Positions 1 through 10,738 are shown, counted from the stretch's first letter. The stretch is DNA of 64,000 nucleotides from an uncultured Gemmatimonadaceae bacterium (GCA_963781585.1 CAWAGQ010000004.1:448001-512000), one strand, 5' to 3'. Translations and numbers: made by a program. The notes: generated by a model from the sequence alone, not told the origin.

Positions 1-3
1 CCC

Positions 4-36
4 GCGGCGTGCGATATCGGCACGCCGCTTCATTTT
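4..36 (+). terminator. Intrinsic terminator-like hairpin upstream of pyrR (possible PyrR attenuator)
   Basis: GCGGCGTGC-GATATCG-GCACGCCGC perfect 9-bp stem followed by TTCATTTT. Confidence 0.65.
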
Positions 37-67
37 GTGCAGAGCACAGGCGATATTGGGCGCCACG

Positions 68-619
68 ATGCCCAGCAAGCAGACCGTCGTGCTCGACGCC
101 AAGGCCGTGGGGCGCGCGCTTCGCCGGATGGCCGACGAGATCGTTGAACGATTCGGCGGGACCGAAGAAGTCGTGTTGGTGGGGATCCAGCGCCGCGGCG
201 TGCAGTTGGGGGATCGACTGGCGCGGCTGATCGAGGAGCGGGAAGGGGGGCACGTTCCGCGCGGCGCGCTGGACATCACGCTGTATCGCGACGACCTCCA
301 GACGGTGGGCCCACGTCCGGTTGTGGGGAAGACCGATCTGCCGTGGAGTCTCGACGGCAAGCGGGTGGTGATCGTGGACGACGTGCTGTACACGGGGCGC
401 ACGGTGCGGGCGGCCCTGGACGAGCTGGCGGACTTCGGACGGCCGGCCCGGATCGCGCTGGCAGTGCTGGTGGACCGCGGGGGGCGCGAACTGCCCATCC
501 ATGCGGACGTCGTCGGGAAGTCGCTCGAAGTGCCGCCCGGGATGCGAATCGACGTACTCGTCGAGGAGCTCGACGGCGAGGACGCGGTGGTGATGGTGCC
601 GCGCGGGGGCGAAGTGTGA
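68..619 (+). CDS. pyrR: Pyrimidine operon regulator / uracil phosphoribosyltransferase PyrR
   Basis: LDITLYRDD and [13 protein letters not shown]ase motifs, [15 protein letters not shown] at 68. Confidence 0.95.
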   Translation: MPSKQTVVLDAKAVGRALRRMADEIVERFGGTEEVVLVGIQRRGVQLGDRLARLIEEREGGHVPRGALDITLYRDDLQTVGPRPVVGKTDLPWSLDGKRVVIVDDVLYTGRTVRAALDELADFGRPARIALAVLVDRGGRELPIHADVVGKSLEVPPGMRIDVLVEELDGEDAVVMVPRGGEV

Positions 620-1581
620 GCGCGCGGCCGCTGGGCAAGGACCTGCTCGGGCTGGAGGCGCTCTCGGCCGAACAGATCGTCCTCGTTCTCGACGCGGCCG
701 AGTCGTTCAAGGAGATCAGCGAGCGGACGATCAAGAAGGTGCCGACCCTCCGCGGGATGACGATCGTCAACCTGTTCTTCGAGGCGTCCACGCGCACGCG
801 GATCTCCTTCGAGTTTGCCGAGAAGCGGTTGTCGGCGGACACGGTGAACGTGGCGACCGCCGGATCCAGCGTGCAGAAGGGGGAAACGCTGGTCGATACG
901 GCCCGGAACCTCGAGGCGATGCGGATCGACATGGTCGTGATCCGGCACGGCGCGTCGGGCGCGGCGCAGTTTCTCGCCGAACGGATCGAGTCGAACGTGA
1001 TCAACGCCGGCGACGGGACGCATGAGCATCCCACGCAGGGGCTGCTCGATCTGCTGACGCTGCGGGACCATTTCGGGTCGCTGGCCGGCCGGCGCGTCTG
1101 CATCGTGGGCGACGTGCTGCATTCGCGGGTGGCCCGGTCGAACATCTGGGGGTTGACGAAGCTCGGGGCCGACGTGGCGGTGTGCGGTCCGCGGTCGCTC
1201 CTGCCTAACGCGATCGACCAGCTGGGGGTGCGGGTGTTCGGGCGGGTCGAGGAGGCGATCGAATGGGCGGAGGCGCTGAACGTCCTCCGGCTGCAGCTCG
1301 AGCGCATGCACAGCGGCTACATTCCGTCGTTGCGGGAGTTCAACCGGGTGTTCGGCATCACGCGCGAGCGGCTGGAACGGGCGCCCCGTGACATTCTGGT
1401 GCTCCATCCGGGTCCGATGAACCGCGGCGTGGAAATCGACTCCGACGTGGCGGACGGGCCCCACAGCGTGATCCTCGACCAGGTCACCAATGGCGTGGCC
1501 GTGCGGATGGCGGTCCTCTATCTCCTCGCGGGCGGCAATCCGGAACTGGCCGAAGCGGCGAAAGGCGGGTCCGGGGCGTGA
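616..1581 (+). CDS. pyrB: Aspartate carbamoyltransferase catalytic subunit
   Basis: [14 protein letters not shown] and HPGP motifs; GTG start overlaps the pyrR stop. Confidence 0.95.
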   Translation: MSARPLGKDLLGLEALSAEQIVLVLDAAESFKEISERTIKKVPTLRGMTIVNLFFEASTRTRISFEFAEKRLSADTVNVATAGSSVQKGETLVDTARNLEAMRIDMVVIRHGASGAAQFLAERIESNVINAGDGTHEHPTQGLLDLLTLRDHFGSLAGRRVCIVGDVLHSRVARSNIWGLTKLGADVAVCGPRSLLPNAIDQLGVRVFGRVEEAIEWAEALNVLRLQLERMHSGYIPSLREFNRVFGITRERLERAPRDILVLHPGPMNRGVEIDSDVADGPHSVILDQVTNGVAVRMAVLYLLAGGNPELAEAAKGGSGA

Positions 1582-2963
1582 CGGCCCCTGGTAAGGGACC
1601 CCTCAGTGGGGCCGATCGGAGCACCGGTGGCGCCCGGGCGTTCCACGCTGCGGCCGACGACGCGCCTGCGATGATTCTGCTCCGCGGGGGACGGGTGCTC
1701 GATCCGTCGCAGAATCTGGACGCGGTCGGCGACGTGCTCGTGGTCGACGGGGCCATCGAACATGCCGGCGCCACGTTAGGCGAGGTACGGCGGGAGCCGG
1801 GCGAATTGGAGACGATCGACTGCGAAGGGCAGATCGTGAGCCCGGGGTTCATCGACGTACACTGCCACCTGCGCGAGCCAGGACGCGAGGACGTGGAGAC
1901 GGTCGCGACCGGCGCCAGGGCGGCCGCCGCGGGCGGATTCACGGCCGTGTGCGCCATGCCCAACACCGATCCGGTCACCGACAACCAGGCCGCGGTGGGA
2001 TTCATCGTGCGACAGGCCATGCGCGCCCGCGCGGCGCGCGTCTATCCGATCGGCGCCATCTCGGTCGGGCAGAAGGGAGAGTCGCTGGCCGAGTTCGGCG
2101 AGATGGTGGGCGCCGGGGCCGTTGCCGTCAGCGACGACGGCAGACCGGTGGTGAGCGCCCAGCTCATGCGCACCGCGCTGGAGTACGCGCGCACGTTCGG
2201 GATCCCGGTCGCCGACCATTGCGAGGAGCCCACCCTCGTCAGAGCGGGGGCGATGAACGAGGGGGTGGTGTCGGCGCGCCTCGGCCTCGGCGCCATGCCC
2301 GCGGAAGCCGAGGAGATCATGGCCATCCGCGACATCCTGCTGGCGCGGCGCACCGGGGGCCACGTGCACCTCTGCCACATGAGCACCAGGGGCTCCGTGG
2401 AGCTGATCCGGTGGGGCAAGGATCGCGGCATCCGGGTGACCGCCGAGGTCTGTCCCCACCACCTCTCGCTCACCGAGGCCGACGTCGAGGGATACAACAC
2501 GAACGCGAAAATGAACCCGCCCTTGCGCACCGCCGACGACGTGGTCGCCCTGCGCGAGGCGGTGCGGGACGAGACGATCGACCTGGTGGCAACCGATCAC
2601 GCGCCGCACCACTATGACGAGAAGGAACGCGAATTCGCCGACGCGCCTAACGGGATCGTGGGCCTCGAGACGGCGCTGGCGGTGGTCACCACCTTTCTGG
2701 TGGTCCCGGGGATCATCGATTTTCCCACCCTGGTGCGCCGCATGTCCGTTTCGCCGGCCCGCGTGTTTGGCCTGCAGGGGGGGACGCTGCGGAAGGGCAG
2801 TGTGGCCGACGTCACAGTCTTCAACCCGGTCCGCGAATGGACGGTCGACCCCGAGCGCTTCCTGTCCAAGGGCCGAAACACGCCGTACAAGGGGCGCCGC
2901 CTCACCGGCCGTGCCACCTGTACCATTGTCGGCGGCCGAGTCGTCTACCGGCAGATGGATTAG
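1578..2963 (+). CDS. pyrC: Dihydroorotase
   Basis: [28 protein letters not shown]; alternative ATG start at 1671. Confidence 0.93.
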   Translation: MTAPGKGPLSGADRSTGGARAFHAAADDAPAMILLRGGRVLDPSQNLDAVGDVLVVDGAIEHAGATLGEVRREPGELETIDCEGQIVSPGFIDVHCHLREPGREDVETVATGARAAAAGGFTAVCAMPNTDPVTDNQAAVGFIVRQAMRARAARVYPIGAISVGQKGESLAEFGEMVGAGAVAVSDDGRPVVSAQLMRTALEYARTFGIPVADHCEEPTLVRAGAMNEGVVSARLGLGAMPAEAEEIMAIRDILLARRTGGHVHLCHMSTRGSVELIRWGKDRGIRVTAEVCPHHLSLTEADVEGYNTNAKMNPPLRTADDVVALREAVRDETIDLVATDHAPHHYDEKEREFADAPNGIVGLETALAVVTTFLVVPGIIDFPTLVRRMSVSPARVFGLQGGTLRKGSVADVTVFNPVREWTVDPERFLSKGRNTPYKGRRLTGRATCTIVGGRVVYRQMD

Positions 2964-2978
2964 GGGGCCCGGCGCGCC

Positions 2979-3674
2979 ATGTCGACGACGATCGAGGTGC
3001 GGCGGGAAATCGTGGCTGTCTGCCGACGACTCTACGAGCGCGGGCTGATCGCCGGTCCCGACGGCAACGTGTCGCGGCGCCTCGCTCCCGATCGCATTCT
3101 CGTTACGCCAGCCGGGATGTCGAAAGTGGATGTTCAGGAGCACGATCTGGTGGAGGTCACACTCGACGGTGCACCCCGCCGGGGAAACCGACCTGCCTCG
3201 TCGGAGGTGGCCATGCACTTGCGCATTTATCGTCGCCGTCCCGACGTTGAGGCGGTGGTACATGCACATCCTCCGGTCGCAACAGCGTTTGCCGTGGCGG
3301 GCGAGTCGTTCGCCGACGGCATTCTGCCGGAAATGATCTTCCAGATGGGATCGGTCCCTCTGGTGCCGTATGCAACTCCGGGAAGCGAAGAACTTGTCGA
3401 TCGCCTCGAGCCGTTTCTGCAGGACCACGATGCCTTTCTGCTCGCCAATCACGGCGCAACGACCGTGGGGGCGAGTCTGCTGGAGGCGCATCAGCGGATG
3501 GAAAGCCTCGAGCACACCGCTCGCATCGTGCTTGCCGCCAGGCTGCTGGGGCGCGTGAACACGCTGAGCGCGGAGCAGGTGCGTATCCTGGTCGAGGCCC
3601 GCAAGCAGGGTGGTGCGGCCGAGGGCCACGGCCGGCGTGCGGCGTCGCCGACGTCAACAGGGAGTGAAGGATGA
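2979..3674 (+). CDS. Class II aldolase/adducin family protein (fuculose-1-phosphate aldolase-like)
   Basis: GNVS, PSSE-like ASSE, VHAHP and LANHG zinc-site motifs. Confidence 0.85.
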   Translation: MSTTIEVRREIVAVCRRLYERGLIAGPDGNVSRRLAPDRILVTPAGMSKVDVQEHDLVEVTLDGAPRRGNRPASSEVAMHLRIYRRRPDVEAVVHAHPPVATAFAVAGESFADGILPEMIFQMGSVPLVPYATPGSEELVDRLEPFLQDHDAFLLANHGATTVGASLLEAHQRMESLEHTARIVLAARLLGRVNTLSAEQVRILVEARKQGGAAEGHGRRAASPTSTGSEG

Positions 3675-4534
3675 ACAATCCGTATTCGGGTCCGCTGGAT
3701 GCCCTCAAGGGGCTCCTCGAAGAGCGCAAACGCTACGAAGGCTGGATCGGTCGCCTCGACGATCGGCGCGCCGACGCGCCCGGACATGTTCTTCAGCGCG
3801 TGCGCGGCGACTATGAGGAACGGCTCCGCGGCGTCATGGAGCAGTTGCGGAGCCGCGCTACCGAACTCGAGTCGTCGGCGACCAGCATGCGCGATCGGAT
3901 CGCGGCGCTCCTCGACGAGGAGAACGCCCGTCGCGATGAGCGGGCCGAGGCCGAGCTCCGGGCTGAAGTTGGCGAATTCAGCGCCGAGTACGCCGCCGAC
4001 CTCCTTGCTCGCTGCGACGAGGCGATCGGGCGACTGTCGGGCGAACGTGGAACCGCGGAGACAGAGCTGCGACGCGTGGAGGAGATTCTGGCGCTCGTTC
4101 GGCGTCCGACGGTCGCCGACGTCCCCGCCCACGCATCAGACGCACCTGAGGCTCCCGCTCCGGCGGCACCGGAGCCACCGCCGGCCCAACCGGCCGAAGG
4201 CGGCTCGTTCGACGAGTTGGCGTTCCTCCAGTCGGTCGTGCAGCCCCGTCCCGCCCAGCCCGCGCCGTCGTCGTCGCCCTCCGGCGCCGACTACCTGGCA
4301 CCGCCGCCCCTCGCGGGGGTGCGCCGGGCCGCGACGTCCGGTGAGCCGATGTCGGCGCGGGAAGAAGGAAGCGCCAGCCGGACCGTTTCGGCGACTCCGG
4401 AGGACGTCCCCTCGTTCCTCAAGGATGTCCCGACGGAACAGGTGAAGACGCTCAAGTGTCAGGAGTGCGGCACGATGAACTACGCCACGGAGTGGTATTG
4501 CGAGCGGTGTGGCGGTGAGTTGGCGGCGATGTAG
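3671..4534 (+). CDS. Hypothetical protein: coiled coil, Pro/Ala linker, C-terminal zinc ribbon
   Basis: Heptad-like E/R/L N-half; C-terminal CQEC...CERC; overlaps the aldolase stop. Confidence 0.8.
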   Translation: MNNPYSGPLDALKGLLEERKRYEGWIGRLDDRRADAPGHVLQRVRGDYEERLRGVMEQLRSRATELESSATSMRDRIAALLDEENARRDERAEAELRAEVGEFSAEYAADLLARCDEAIGRLSGERGTAETELRRVEEILALVRRPTVADVPAHASDAPEAPAPAAPEPPPAQPAEGGSFDELAFLQSVVQPRPAQPAPSSSPSGADYLAPPPLAGVRRAATSGEPMSAREEGSASRTVSATPEDVPSFLKDVPTEQVKTLKCQECGTMNYATEWYCERCGGELAAM

Positions 4535-4566
4535 GCATGCGCCGGTCGGAGTTCCCTGAAATGCGT

Positions 4567-4600
4567 GAGGCGCCACGGATGCTCGTGGCGCCTCGTTCTT
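4567..4600. terminator. Hairpin between convergent genes (probable terminator)
   Basis: GAGGCGCCACG-GATGCT-CGTGGCGCCTC 11-bp stem followed by GTTCTT. Confidence 0.7.
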
Positions 4601-4690
4601 CTGGATGCAGGTCCGGCGGCGAGTGCGCCTTCGCGCTCGGAGCTCCGCGCGGCGACCACGACCTGAGGGGGCGCGCGCAGCGGCGACCGA

Positions 4691-4921
4691 CTAGGCCTTC
4701 ATCAATCGACTCTTGTGTCGCGCTGCCGAATTGCGATGAATCAGTCCCTTGCGCGCCGCGCGATCGAGCAGCTGGATGGCGCGGCGCTTCTGGTCCGGGG
4801 TCGCTTCGGCAACGCCTGCCTTCTTGAGGGCTGTGCGAAGGGTCGAGCGCTGCGCCCGATTCCGGACGGCGGCGGCGCGGGACTTCCGCATATGTTTGGC
4901 AGACGACGGGATCTTGGGCAC
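4691..4921 (-). CDS. rpsT: 30S ribosomal protein S20
   Basis: SAKHMRKS...RNRAQRSTLRT...LDRAARKGLIHRNSAARHKSRL; GTG start with GGAG upstream. Confidence 0.93.
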   Translation of the reverse strand: MPKIPSSAKHMRKSRAAAVRNRAQRSTLRTALKKAGVAEATPDQKRRAIQLLDRAARKGLIHRNSAARHKSRLMKA

Positions 4922-4965
4922 GTGCACTCCACGAGACGCAAAACGCGACACTCCGCGAGCCGTAA

Positions 4966-4994
4966 AACGTACCCGGCGGTGGCACGGATGTCAA
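4966..4994 (-). promoter_or_regulatory. Sigma70-type promoter for rpsT
   Basis: TTGACA-N17-TACGTT on the minus strand. Confidence 0.6.
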
Positions 4995-5008
4995 TTAATG
5001 ACTTGGCT

Positions 5009-5037
5009 TTGACTCTCATCAGCAGCCCCGCTAGCTT
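5009..5037 (+). promoter_or_regulatory. Sigma70-type promoter for the site-2 protease/scpAB cluster
   Basis: TTGACT-N17-TAGCTT, back-to-back with the rpsT promoter. Confidence 0.55.
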
Positions 5038-5091
5038 GCCCCCGTCACCCTCCCTGTCCGCCACACGGCGCAACACTCTCATGGGTACGGC

Positions 5092-5793
5092 TTGGATAAG
5101 CTCCAGCAGTTTCTCGTCATGGCGCCCGTCATCCTTTTTTCCATGGTCGCCCACGAGTACGCCCACGGGTTTGCGGCGCTGAAACAAGGCGATCCGACCG
5201 CCTACCAGCTTGGGCGGCTCACCTGGAATCCGGTCAGACACATCGATCCGTTCATGACGATCCTCCTCCCGATTCTCACCTTTGTGGGTTCGGGTGGCAG
5301 CTTCATCTTTGGCGGAGCAAAGCCGGTCCCCGTTATCCCGCGCAACTACCGGAACTACAAGCGCGGCGACATCATCGTCTCCCTCGCGGGTATCGCGACG
5401 AACCTCGTGCTCACGGTCGTGTGCACAGTGGTCATCGTGCTGCTCGGCTCCGTTGGCCGGGCCGTTCCGACAGCGGCGTCCTCGCTGGCCATCGTCCAGC
5501 GGATGATGATTTGGGGCGTCCTGTTCAACCTGGTGCTCGCCATCTTCAACCTGCTGCCGATTCCGCCGCTCGACGGATCGCACGTCATGAAGTACCTGCT
5601 CCCACCGGCGTGGGCGCTGCGGTACCAGCAAGTCGGGCGGTTCGGCATTCTGATACTGCTGGTGCTGATCGCGACCAGCGTGGGTCGGCCGCTGTTTGCG
5701 GCCTGGATGAAGCCGGTGGAGGTGCTGTATCGGTTGGCCCTCAACACGGTGTACCCGTACCTGCTCCAATCTCCCACCGCACTGGGGCTTTGA
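5092..5793 (+). CDS. Site-2 protease family (M50) membrane metalloprotease
   Basis: HEYAH (HExxH) and FNLLPIPPLDG motifs; hydrophobic segments. Confidence 0.92.
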   Translation: MDKLQQFLVMAPVILFSMVAHEYAHGFAALKQGDPTAYQLGRLTWNPVRHIDPFMTILLPILTFVGSGGSFIFGGAKPVPVIPRNYRNYKRGDIIVSLAGIATNLVLTVVCTVVIVLLGSVGRAVPTAASSLAIVQRMMIWGVLFNLVLAIFNLLPIPPLDGSHVMKYLLPPAWALRYQQVGRFGILILLVLIATSVGRPLFAAWMKPVEVLYRLALNTVYPYLLQSPTALGL

Positions 5794-5794
5794 C

Positions 5795-6526
5795 ATGACC
5801 GCATTAGTCGGCGCCCCGGATCCGTTCGTCGTTGAGCTGCCGCGATATTCGGGTCCCCTCGATCTCCTGCTCGCCCTGATCCGCGACGAAAAGGTCGACA
5901 TCTACGACATCCCGATCGCACGCATCGCCGAGCAGTTTCTGGTTCGCATCAAGACGTTAGGCATCGATCAGGCGGCGGACTATCTGGAGATGGCGGCGCG
6001 GCTGTTGCGCATCAAGGCCCAGCTGCTCCTTCCCCGCAACCAGGACGACGAGTCGTGGGAGGACCCGCGGGCCGAGCTGGTGCGGCGACTGCTCGAGTAC
6101 CAGCAGGTGCGTGAAGTGTGCGACGTGCTCGAGGAACTGGCGGAGGACCGGCGGCTGCGGTTCGCTCGCGCGTATTTGCCGGTTCCGGGCGGCGAGCCCC
6201 CGCCGTCGCCGCTCACCCTGTCCCTGGGCGACCTCCTGGCCGCCGTGGATCGCGTACTGCGTCTCGCGCGCGAGCCGCATATTCATGATGTCGTGCCTCG
6301 CGCGCTGGATGTCGAGGGTGCGATCGCGACCGTTCGGGCCGTGCTGCAACTCCGCGATCGCGCCCGCTGGTGCGATGTGGTCCGCCCATCGGCCGAGCCG
6401 TGGGAGGTATTGTCGGCCCTCCTCGCCCTTCTCGAGCTGGCGCGGCGCGGTGAGTTGCGCCTGCGCCAGCGTTCCCCATTCGCCTCCCTCGCCATCTCCC
6501 GTGAATCCACTGGCCAAGCTGCTTGA
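5795..6526 (+). CDS. scpA: Segregation and condensation protein A (kleisin)
   Basis: GPLDLLL.LIR...DIYDIPIARI N-terminus; C-terminal LALLEL. Confidence 0.92.
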   Translation: MTALVGAPDPFVVELPRYSGPLDLLLALIRDEKVDIYDIPIARIAEQFLVRIKTLGIDQAADYLEMAARLLRIKAQLLLPRNQDDESWEDPRAELVRRLLEYQQVREVCDVLEELAEDRRLRFARAYLPVPGGEPPPSPLTLSLGDLLAAVDRVLRLAREPHIHDVVPRALDVEGAIATVRAVLQLRDRARWCDVVRPSAEPWEVLSALLALLELARRGELRLRQRSPFASLAISRESTGQAA

Positions 6527-7043
6527 GGCGGCATTGTTCGCCAGCAATCGACCAATCCCGGTCGACGAGCTGGCCGCGCTCGATCCCGACGCATCGCCCG
6601 CCGCCGTCCTGGCGGCCCTGGGGGAGATTCGCGACGCCTACAACGTGAACGGTCACGGCGTGGAGCTGACGGAGCTCGGAGACGGATGGCAGATCCTCAC
6701 CCGCGCCGAGTACACCGAGGCGATCGAGCGCGCGCAACTGGCGGTCCGACCGCATCGTCTCTCGAGCGCTGCTCTGGAGGCACTCGCCCTTGTCGCCTAC
6801 CGTCAGCCGATCGGGCGCGCCGAAATCGAGGAGATCCGCGGCGTCAACTGCGGCGCCATCCTCAAGTCGCTGCACGAACGGGGACTGATCGATGTCGTAG
6901 GCCGTGGCGAAGGACTGGGACGGCCACTGCTGTACGGGACGACGCCTCTGTTTCTGGAGAACTTCGCACTCCGCCATCTGGAAGAGCTCCCGCGGGCCGA
7001 TGAGCTCGCGGTGTCCCTTCGCTCCGAACCGCGCGCCCTCTAG
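6501..7043 (+). CDS. scpB: Segregation and condensation protein B
   Basis: LEAALF, LSSAALEALALVAYRQPI, GRPLLYGTT; GTG at 6501. Confidence 0.92.
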   Translation: MNPLAKLLEAALFASNRPIPVDELAALDPDASPAAVLAALGEIRDAYNVNGHGVELTELGDGWQILTRAEYTEAIERAQLAVRPHRLSSAALEALALVAYRQPIGRAEIEEIRGVNCGAILKSLHERGLIDVVGRGEGLGRPLLYGTTPLFLENFALRHLEELPRADELAVSLRSEPRAL

Positions 7044-7774
7044 TGACTGGCAGGATGCGGCTCCACCGCGCACTGGCGCGGGCGGGCTACGCGTCGCGCC
7101 GTCACGCCGAGTCGCTGATTGCGGAGGGGCGGGTGCAGGTCAACGGGGCCGTGGCGCGCATCGGCCAGCCGGTGAACCCCACCGTGGATCGCATCACCGT
7201 GGACGGCCAGCCCGTACCTCTTCTCACGGCGCCGAAGGTGTGGGTCGTGCTGCACAAGCCCCGGGGGGTGATGACCACTCGCGGTGATCCGCATGCGCGC
7301 CGCACGGTATTCGATCTGGTCGCGGATGTACCGGGCCTGACATACGTCGGACGTCTGGATCGCGAGACAGAAGGTGTTCTCCTGCTCACGACCGACGGCG
7401 ACGCGGTGCATTGCCTGACGCATCCGAGCCGGCAAGTCGACCGCGTCTACGTGGCCACTGTCCGCGGCGACGCTGCGGCGGCGGCTGCGCGGGCGCGTGA
7501 CGGCGTGGATCTGAGCGACGGCCCCGTGCATCCGGACGGCGTGGTGGTCCGATCCCTCGGGCAGGGCCGCTGGGAGATCGAACTTGTGCTTCGTGAGGGG
7601 CGGAAGCGAGAGGTGAGGCGTCTGTTGAAGGCTCTGGGTCTCGAGGTCGACAGGCTGGTGCGAACGCGATTCGGGCCGGTACGATTGGGGGACCTGGCAC
7701 CGGGTGCATCACGCCCGCTCACCGCGCTGGAATGTGAGGAATTGGCGGCGATCGTGGGACACGAAATCGATTGA
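7043..7774 (+). CDS. RsuA/RluB-family pseudouridine synthase
   Basis: S4 domain (RLHRALARAG.ASRR); GRLD catalytic motif; typical position after scpB. Confidence 0.9.
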   Translation: MTGRMRLHRALARAGYASRRHAESLIAEGRVQVNGAVARIGQPVNPTVDRITVDGQPVPLLTAPKVWVVLHKPRGVMTTRGDPHARRTVFDLVADVPGLTYVGRLDRETEGVLLLTTDGDAVHCLTHPSRQVDRVYVATVRGDAAAAAARARDGVDLSDGPVHPDGVVVRSLGQGRWEIELVLREGRKREVRRLLKALGLEVDRLVRTRFGPVRLGDLAPGASRPLTALECEELAAIVGHEID

Positions 7775-7778
7775 CAGC

Positions 7779-7825
7779 TGTCAGCCATCAGGCATCAGCG
7801 GCGGGCTGACCGCTGACACCTGTGG
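7779..7825. repeat. Heptamer repeats in inverted arrangement
   Basis: TGTCAGC CATCAGG CATCAGC then GCTGACC GCTGACA CCTGTGG. Confidence 0.55.
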
Positions 7826-7920
7826 CCGGATAACGGGTAGGAGTGCGGTCGGGCTCGTTGACGCCGGCACTGGCACGTCGGATGGGCAGGGAAGTGACAC
7901 CAACCCTTAGAGGAGAACGG

Positions 7921-8898
7921 GTGGCGACGACACAGGTTTCGGCAAGCGCCGACACGGAACTCGTACAGAGCGTTCTGAAACAGGTCGCGCGCCGCGTGGT
8001 GGGACAGGAGTACATGGTCGAGCGCCTCCTCATCAGCCTGCTGACGGGAGGTCATGTGCTGCTCGAGGGTGTGCCGGGATTGGCCAAGACGCTCACTGTG
8101 CGCACCCTGGCGGAGACGATCCACACCGCATTCCAGCGCATCCAGTTTACCCCGGATCTGCTTCCCGCGGACGTGCTGGGGACACAGGTCTTCGATCAAT
8201 CCACGGGATCGTTCAGCATCAAGCGGGGACCGATCTTCGCCAACATCGTCCTGGCCGATGAGATCAATCGCGCCCCCGCCAAGGTGCAGGCGGCCCTGCT
8301 CGAAGCGATGCAGGAGAAGCAGGTCACCCTGGGTGGCGAGACGTTCAAGCTGGAGGAGCCGTTTCTGGTACTCGCTACCCAGAATCCCATCGAGCAGGAA
8401 GGGACCTATCCGTTGCCCGAGGCGCAGGTGGACCGCTTCATGCTCAAGCTCCGGATCGGGTATCCCAACCGGGAGGAAGAGAAGGAGATCATGCGCCGGA
8501 TGGCGGGGGGCGAACCGATTCCCGTGCAGCAGGTCGCGTCGCCTCGTGCCATTCTCGATGCGCGGCACCGCATCGCCGACCTCTATATGGACGAACGCAT
8601 CGTCGACTACATCGTCGACATCGTCCTGGCCACGCGCGCACCGGCCGAGGCGGGCATGAAAGAGCTGGCACCGCTCATTGAATTCGGCGCCAGCCCGCGC
8701 GCGACCATCGCGCTGGCGCAGGCGTCGCGCGCCCACGCCTTCCTCCGCGGTCGCACCTACGTAACGCCCGACGACGTCAAGGCGATCGCGCCGGACGTTC
8801 TGCGGCATCGGGTGCTCACGACGTACGAGGCGGAAGCGGAAGAGGTGACGCCTGACGACATCGTGCAGAAAGTGCTGCAGACCGTCGAGACGCCATGA
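7921..8898 (+). CDS. MoxR-family AAA+ ATPase
   Basis: LEGVPGLAKT, RIQFTPDL.P.D, LADEINRAP.K.Q.ALLEAM, ATQNP.EQEGTY; AGGAG before GTG. Confidence 0.95.
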   Translation: MATTQVSASADTELVQSVLKQVARRVVGQEYMVERLLISLLTGGHVLLEGVPGLAKTLTVRTLAETIHTAFQRIQFTPDLLPADVLGTQVFDQSTGSFSIKRGPIFANIVLADEINRAPAKVQAALLEAMQEKQVTLGGETFKLEEPFLVLATQNPIEQEGTYPLPEAQVDRFMLKLRIGYPNREEEKEIMRRMAGGEPIPVQQVASPRAILDARHRIADLYMDERIVDYIVDIVLATRAPAEAGMKELAPLIEFGASPRATIALAQASRAHAFLRGRTYVTPDDVKAIAPDVLRHRVLTTYEAEAEEVTPDDIVQKVLQTVETP

Positions 8899-9842
8899 GA
8901 CCGGACGTCATCGCGGGGCACGGAACCGGCGCCGACGGCCGGCGGACAACCGTCTCCGTGCCTCCCGAAGTGCTGCGCCAGGTGAAGCTCATCGAGTTGC
9001 GGACGCGCCGGCTGGTCAACTCGGTGTTCTCGGGCGAATACCGCTCCGTCTTCAAGGGACACGGGATGGAATTCGCCGAAGTGCGCGAATACCAGCCCGG
9101 CGACGAGGTACGGTCCATCGACTGGAACGTCACCGCGCGGATGCGGCGGCCGTTCGTGAAGCGCTACATCGAGGAACGCGAGCTCACCGTGATGCTGGCG
9201 GTCGACCTCTCCGGCTCGGCGCGCTACGGTACCGTGCGGAAGTTCAAGTCCGAGATGGCCACCGAGCTCGCCGCGGTACTCACGATGTCGGCGGTCCGGA
9301 ACAACGACCGCGTGGGCGTGCTGCTGTTCACCGATCGCATCGAACATGTCGTCACGCCGGCCAAGGGGCGGCGCCACGCGCTCCGCATCATCCGCGACGT
9401 GCTGATCCACGAACCCGCGGGCGCGGGCACCGACGTCGCCGGCGCGCTCGAGTATCTCCATCGGCTGCTCCGCCACCGGGCCATCATTTTTCTCATTTCG
9501 GATCTCTACGGCGCGAACTTCGAGCGGTCCCTCAAGTTGCTGGCCCAGCGGCACGACATCGTCGTGGCGCCGGTGGAGGATCCCACCGAGTGGGAACTCC
9601 CCGACATCGGACTGGCGCGCTTCGTCGATCCCGAAACCGGCCAGGCCATGGACGTCGACACCAGCGACCAGCGCGTTCGCCAGATGTTCGCTGACCAGTC
9701 ACGCGCCGATCGCGCCGAGCGACGGCAGTTGCTGCGCCGGCTGTCGCTGGACGAAGTCGCGATGAACACGCGAGATGGATATCTCGAGCCGCTGCTGCGC
9801 TTCTTCCGGATGCGCGAGCGACGGGTCCGGAGGCGCTGGTGA
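8895..9842 (+). CDS. DUF58 family protein
   Basis: GMEFAEVREYQPGDEVRSIDWNVTAR; DLSGS. Confidence 0.93.
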   Translation: MRPDVIAGHGTGADGRRTTVSVPPEVLRQVKLIELRTRRLVNSVFSGEYRSVFKGHGMEFAEVREYQPGDEVRSIDWNVTARMRRPFVKRYIEERELTVMLAVDLSGSARYGTVRKFKSEMATELAAVLTMSAVRNNDRVGVLLFTDRIEHVVTPAKGRRHALRIIRDVLIHEPAGAGTDVAGALEYLHRLLRHRAIIFLISDLYGANFERSLKLLAQRHDIVVAPVEDPTEWELPDIGLARFVDPETGQAMDVDTSDQRVRQMFADQSRADRAERRQLLRRLSLDEVAMNTRDGYLEPLLRFFRMRERRVRRRW

Positions 9843-10738
9843 ACGTCGGCTGGCTCGCGCTGGTCGTTGTGCAGGCGATTGCGCAGAACGGTCGCGTGCA
9901 GGCCGGCGTGCAGGTGACTCCCGATACGGTGACGGTGGGCGATCCGTTCGAGGTCGTGGTGCGCGTGCGGGCTCCGCGTGGCGCGACCATCGAGTTCCCG
10001 CAGACGCCGGACTCGGGCGCGGCGGTTGAAGCGCTCGACCCCGTCCAGGTGACGCCCTCCGCCGACACGACGGTCACCGAGAACTCGGCCATGTATCGCG
10101 TGGCGGCGTGGGACGTGGGACAGCTGCGAATCCCGTTCGCGGATGCGCTGGTGCGGGAGGGCAATGCCACTCGCCGCGTGGCGCTCGCCGGCGTGACGGT
10201 GTTCGTCCGCAGCGTGCTGCCGGCTGACAGCACGCTGCGCGTTCCCAAACCGCCGCGCGACCTGTTCACGTTCGGGCCACCGTGGTGGATGTGGGTGCTG
10301 GCGGTGCTGGTTGCCGGTGCGCTCCTCTGGCTCGGGTACTGGTTGTGGAAGCGCCGCCGGCGTCGGGCGCCCGTGGCGGTGGATCCGTGGGACGAGGCCG
10401 AGCGGGACTTCGCGCGGGTGGAGGCGCTCGGTCTGGTGGCCGCCGGAGAGCGCTCGCGCCACGCGGTGCTGATGGTGGAGGTGCTGCGCGATTATCTCGC
10501 CGCGGTGATGGAGGACGCGACGCCGTCGCTCACCACGTCGGAACTGCTGGGCCGGCTGCGCGGCAGCCTCCTGCCGGCGCAGCGCCTCGCGGCACTGCTC
10601 GCCGAGGTCGACCTGGTGAAATTCGCGCGACGGCCACTCGGAGCGGACCGGGCGCTCGAGCTCGGCCGCGAGGCGAGAGCGCTGGCCGGCGCGGCGCACA
10701 ACGCCGTGGCGGGCCCCCCGTTGCAGAGGGCGGCCTGA
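9839..10738 (+). CDS. Exported/membrane protein of the MoxR-Bat operon
   Basis: Signal-like N-terminus, beta-rich domain, TM helix followed by KRRRRR, DLVKFA motif. Confidence 0.8.
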   Translation: MNVGWLALVVVQAIAQNGRVQAGVQVTPDTVTVGDPFEVVVRVRAPRGATIEFPQTPDSGAAVEALDPVQVTPSADTTVTENSAMYRVAAWDVGQLRIPFADALVREGNATRRVALAGVTVFVRSVLPADSTLRVPKPPRDLFTFGPPWWMWVLAVLVAGALLWLGYWLWKRRRRRAPVAVDPWDEAERDFARVEALGLVAAGERSRHAVLMVEVLRDYLAAVMEDATPSLTTSELLGRLRGSLLPAQRLAALLAEVDLVKFARRPLGADRALELGREARALAGAAHNAVAGPPLQRAA

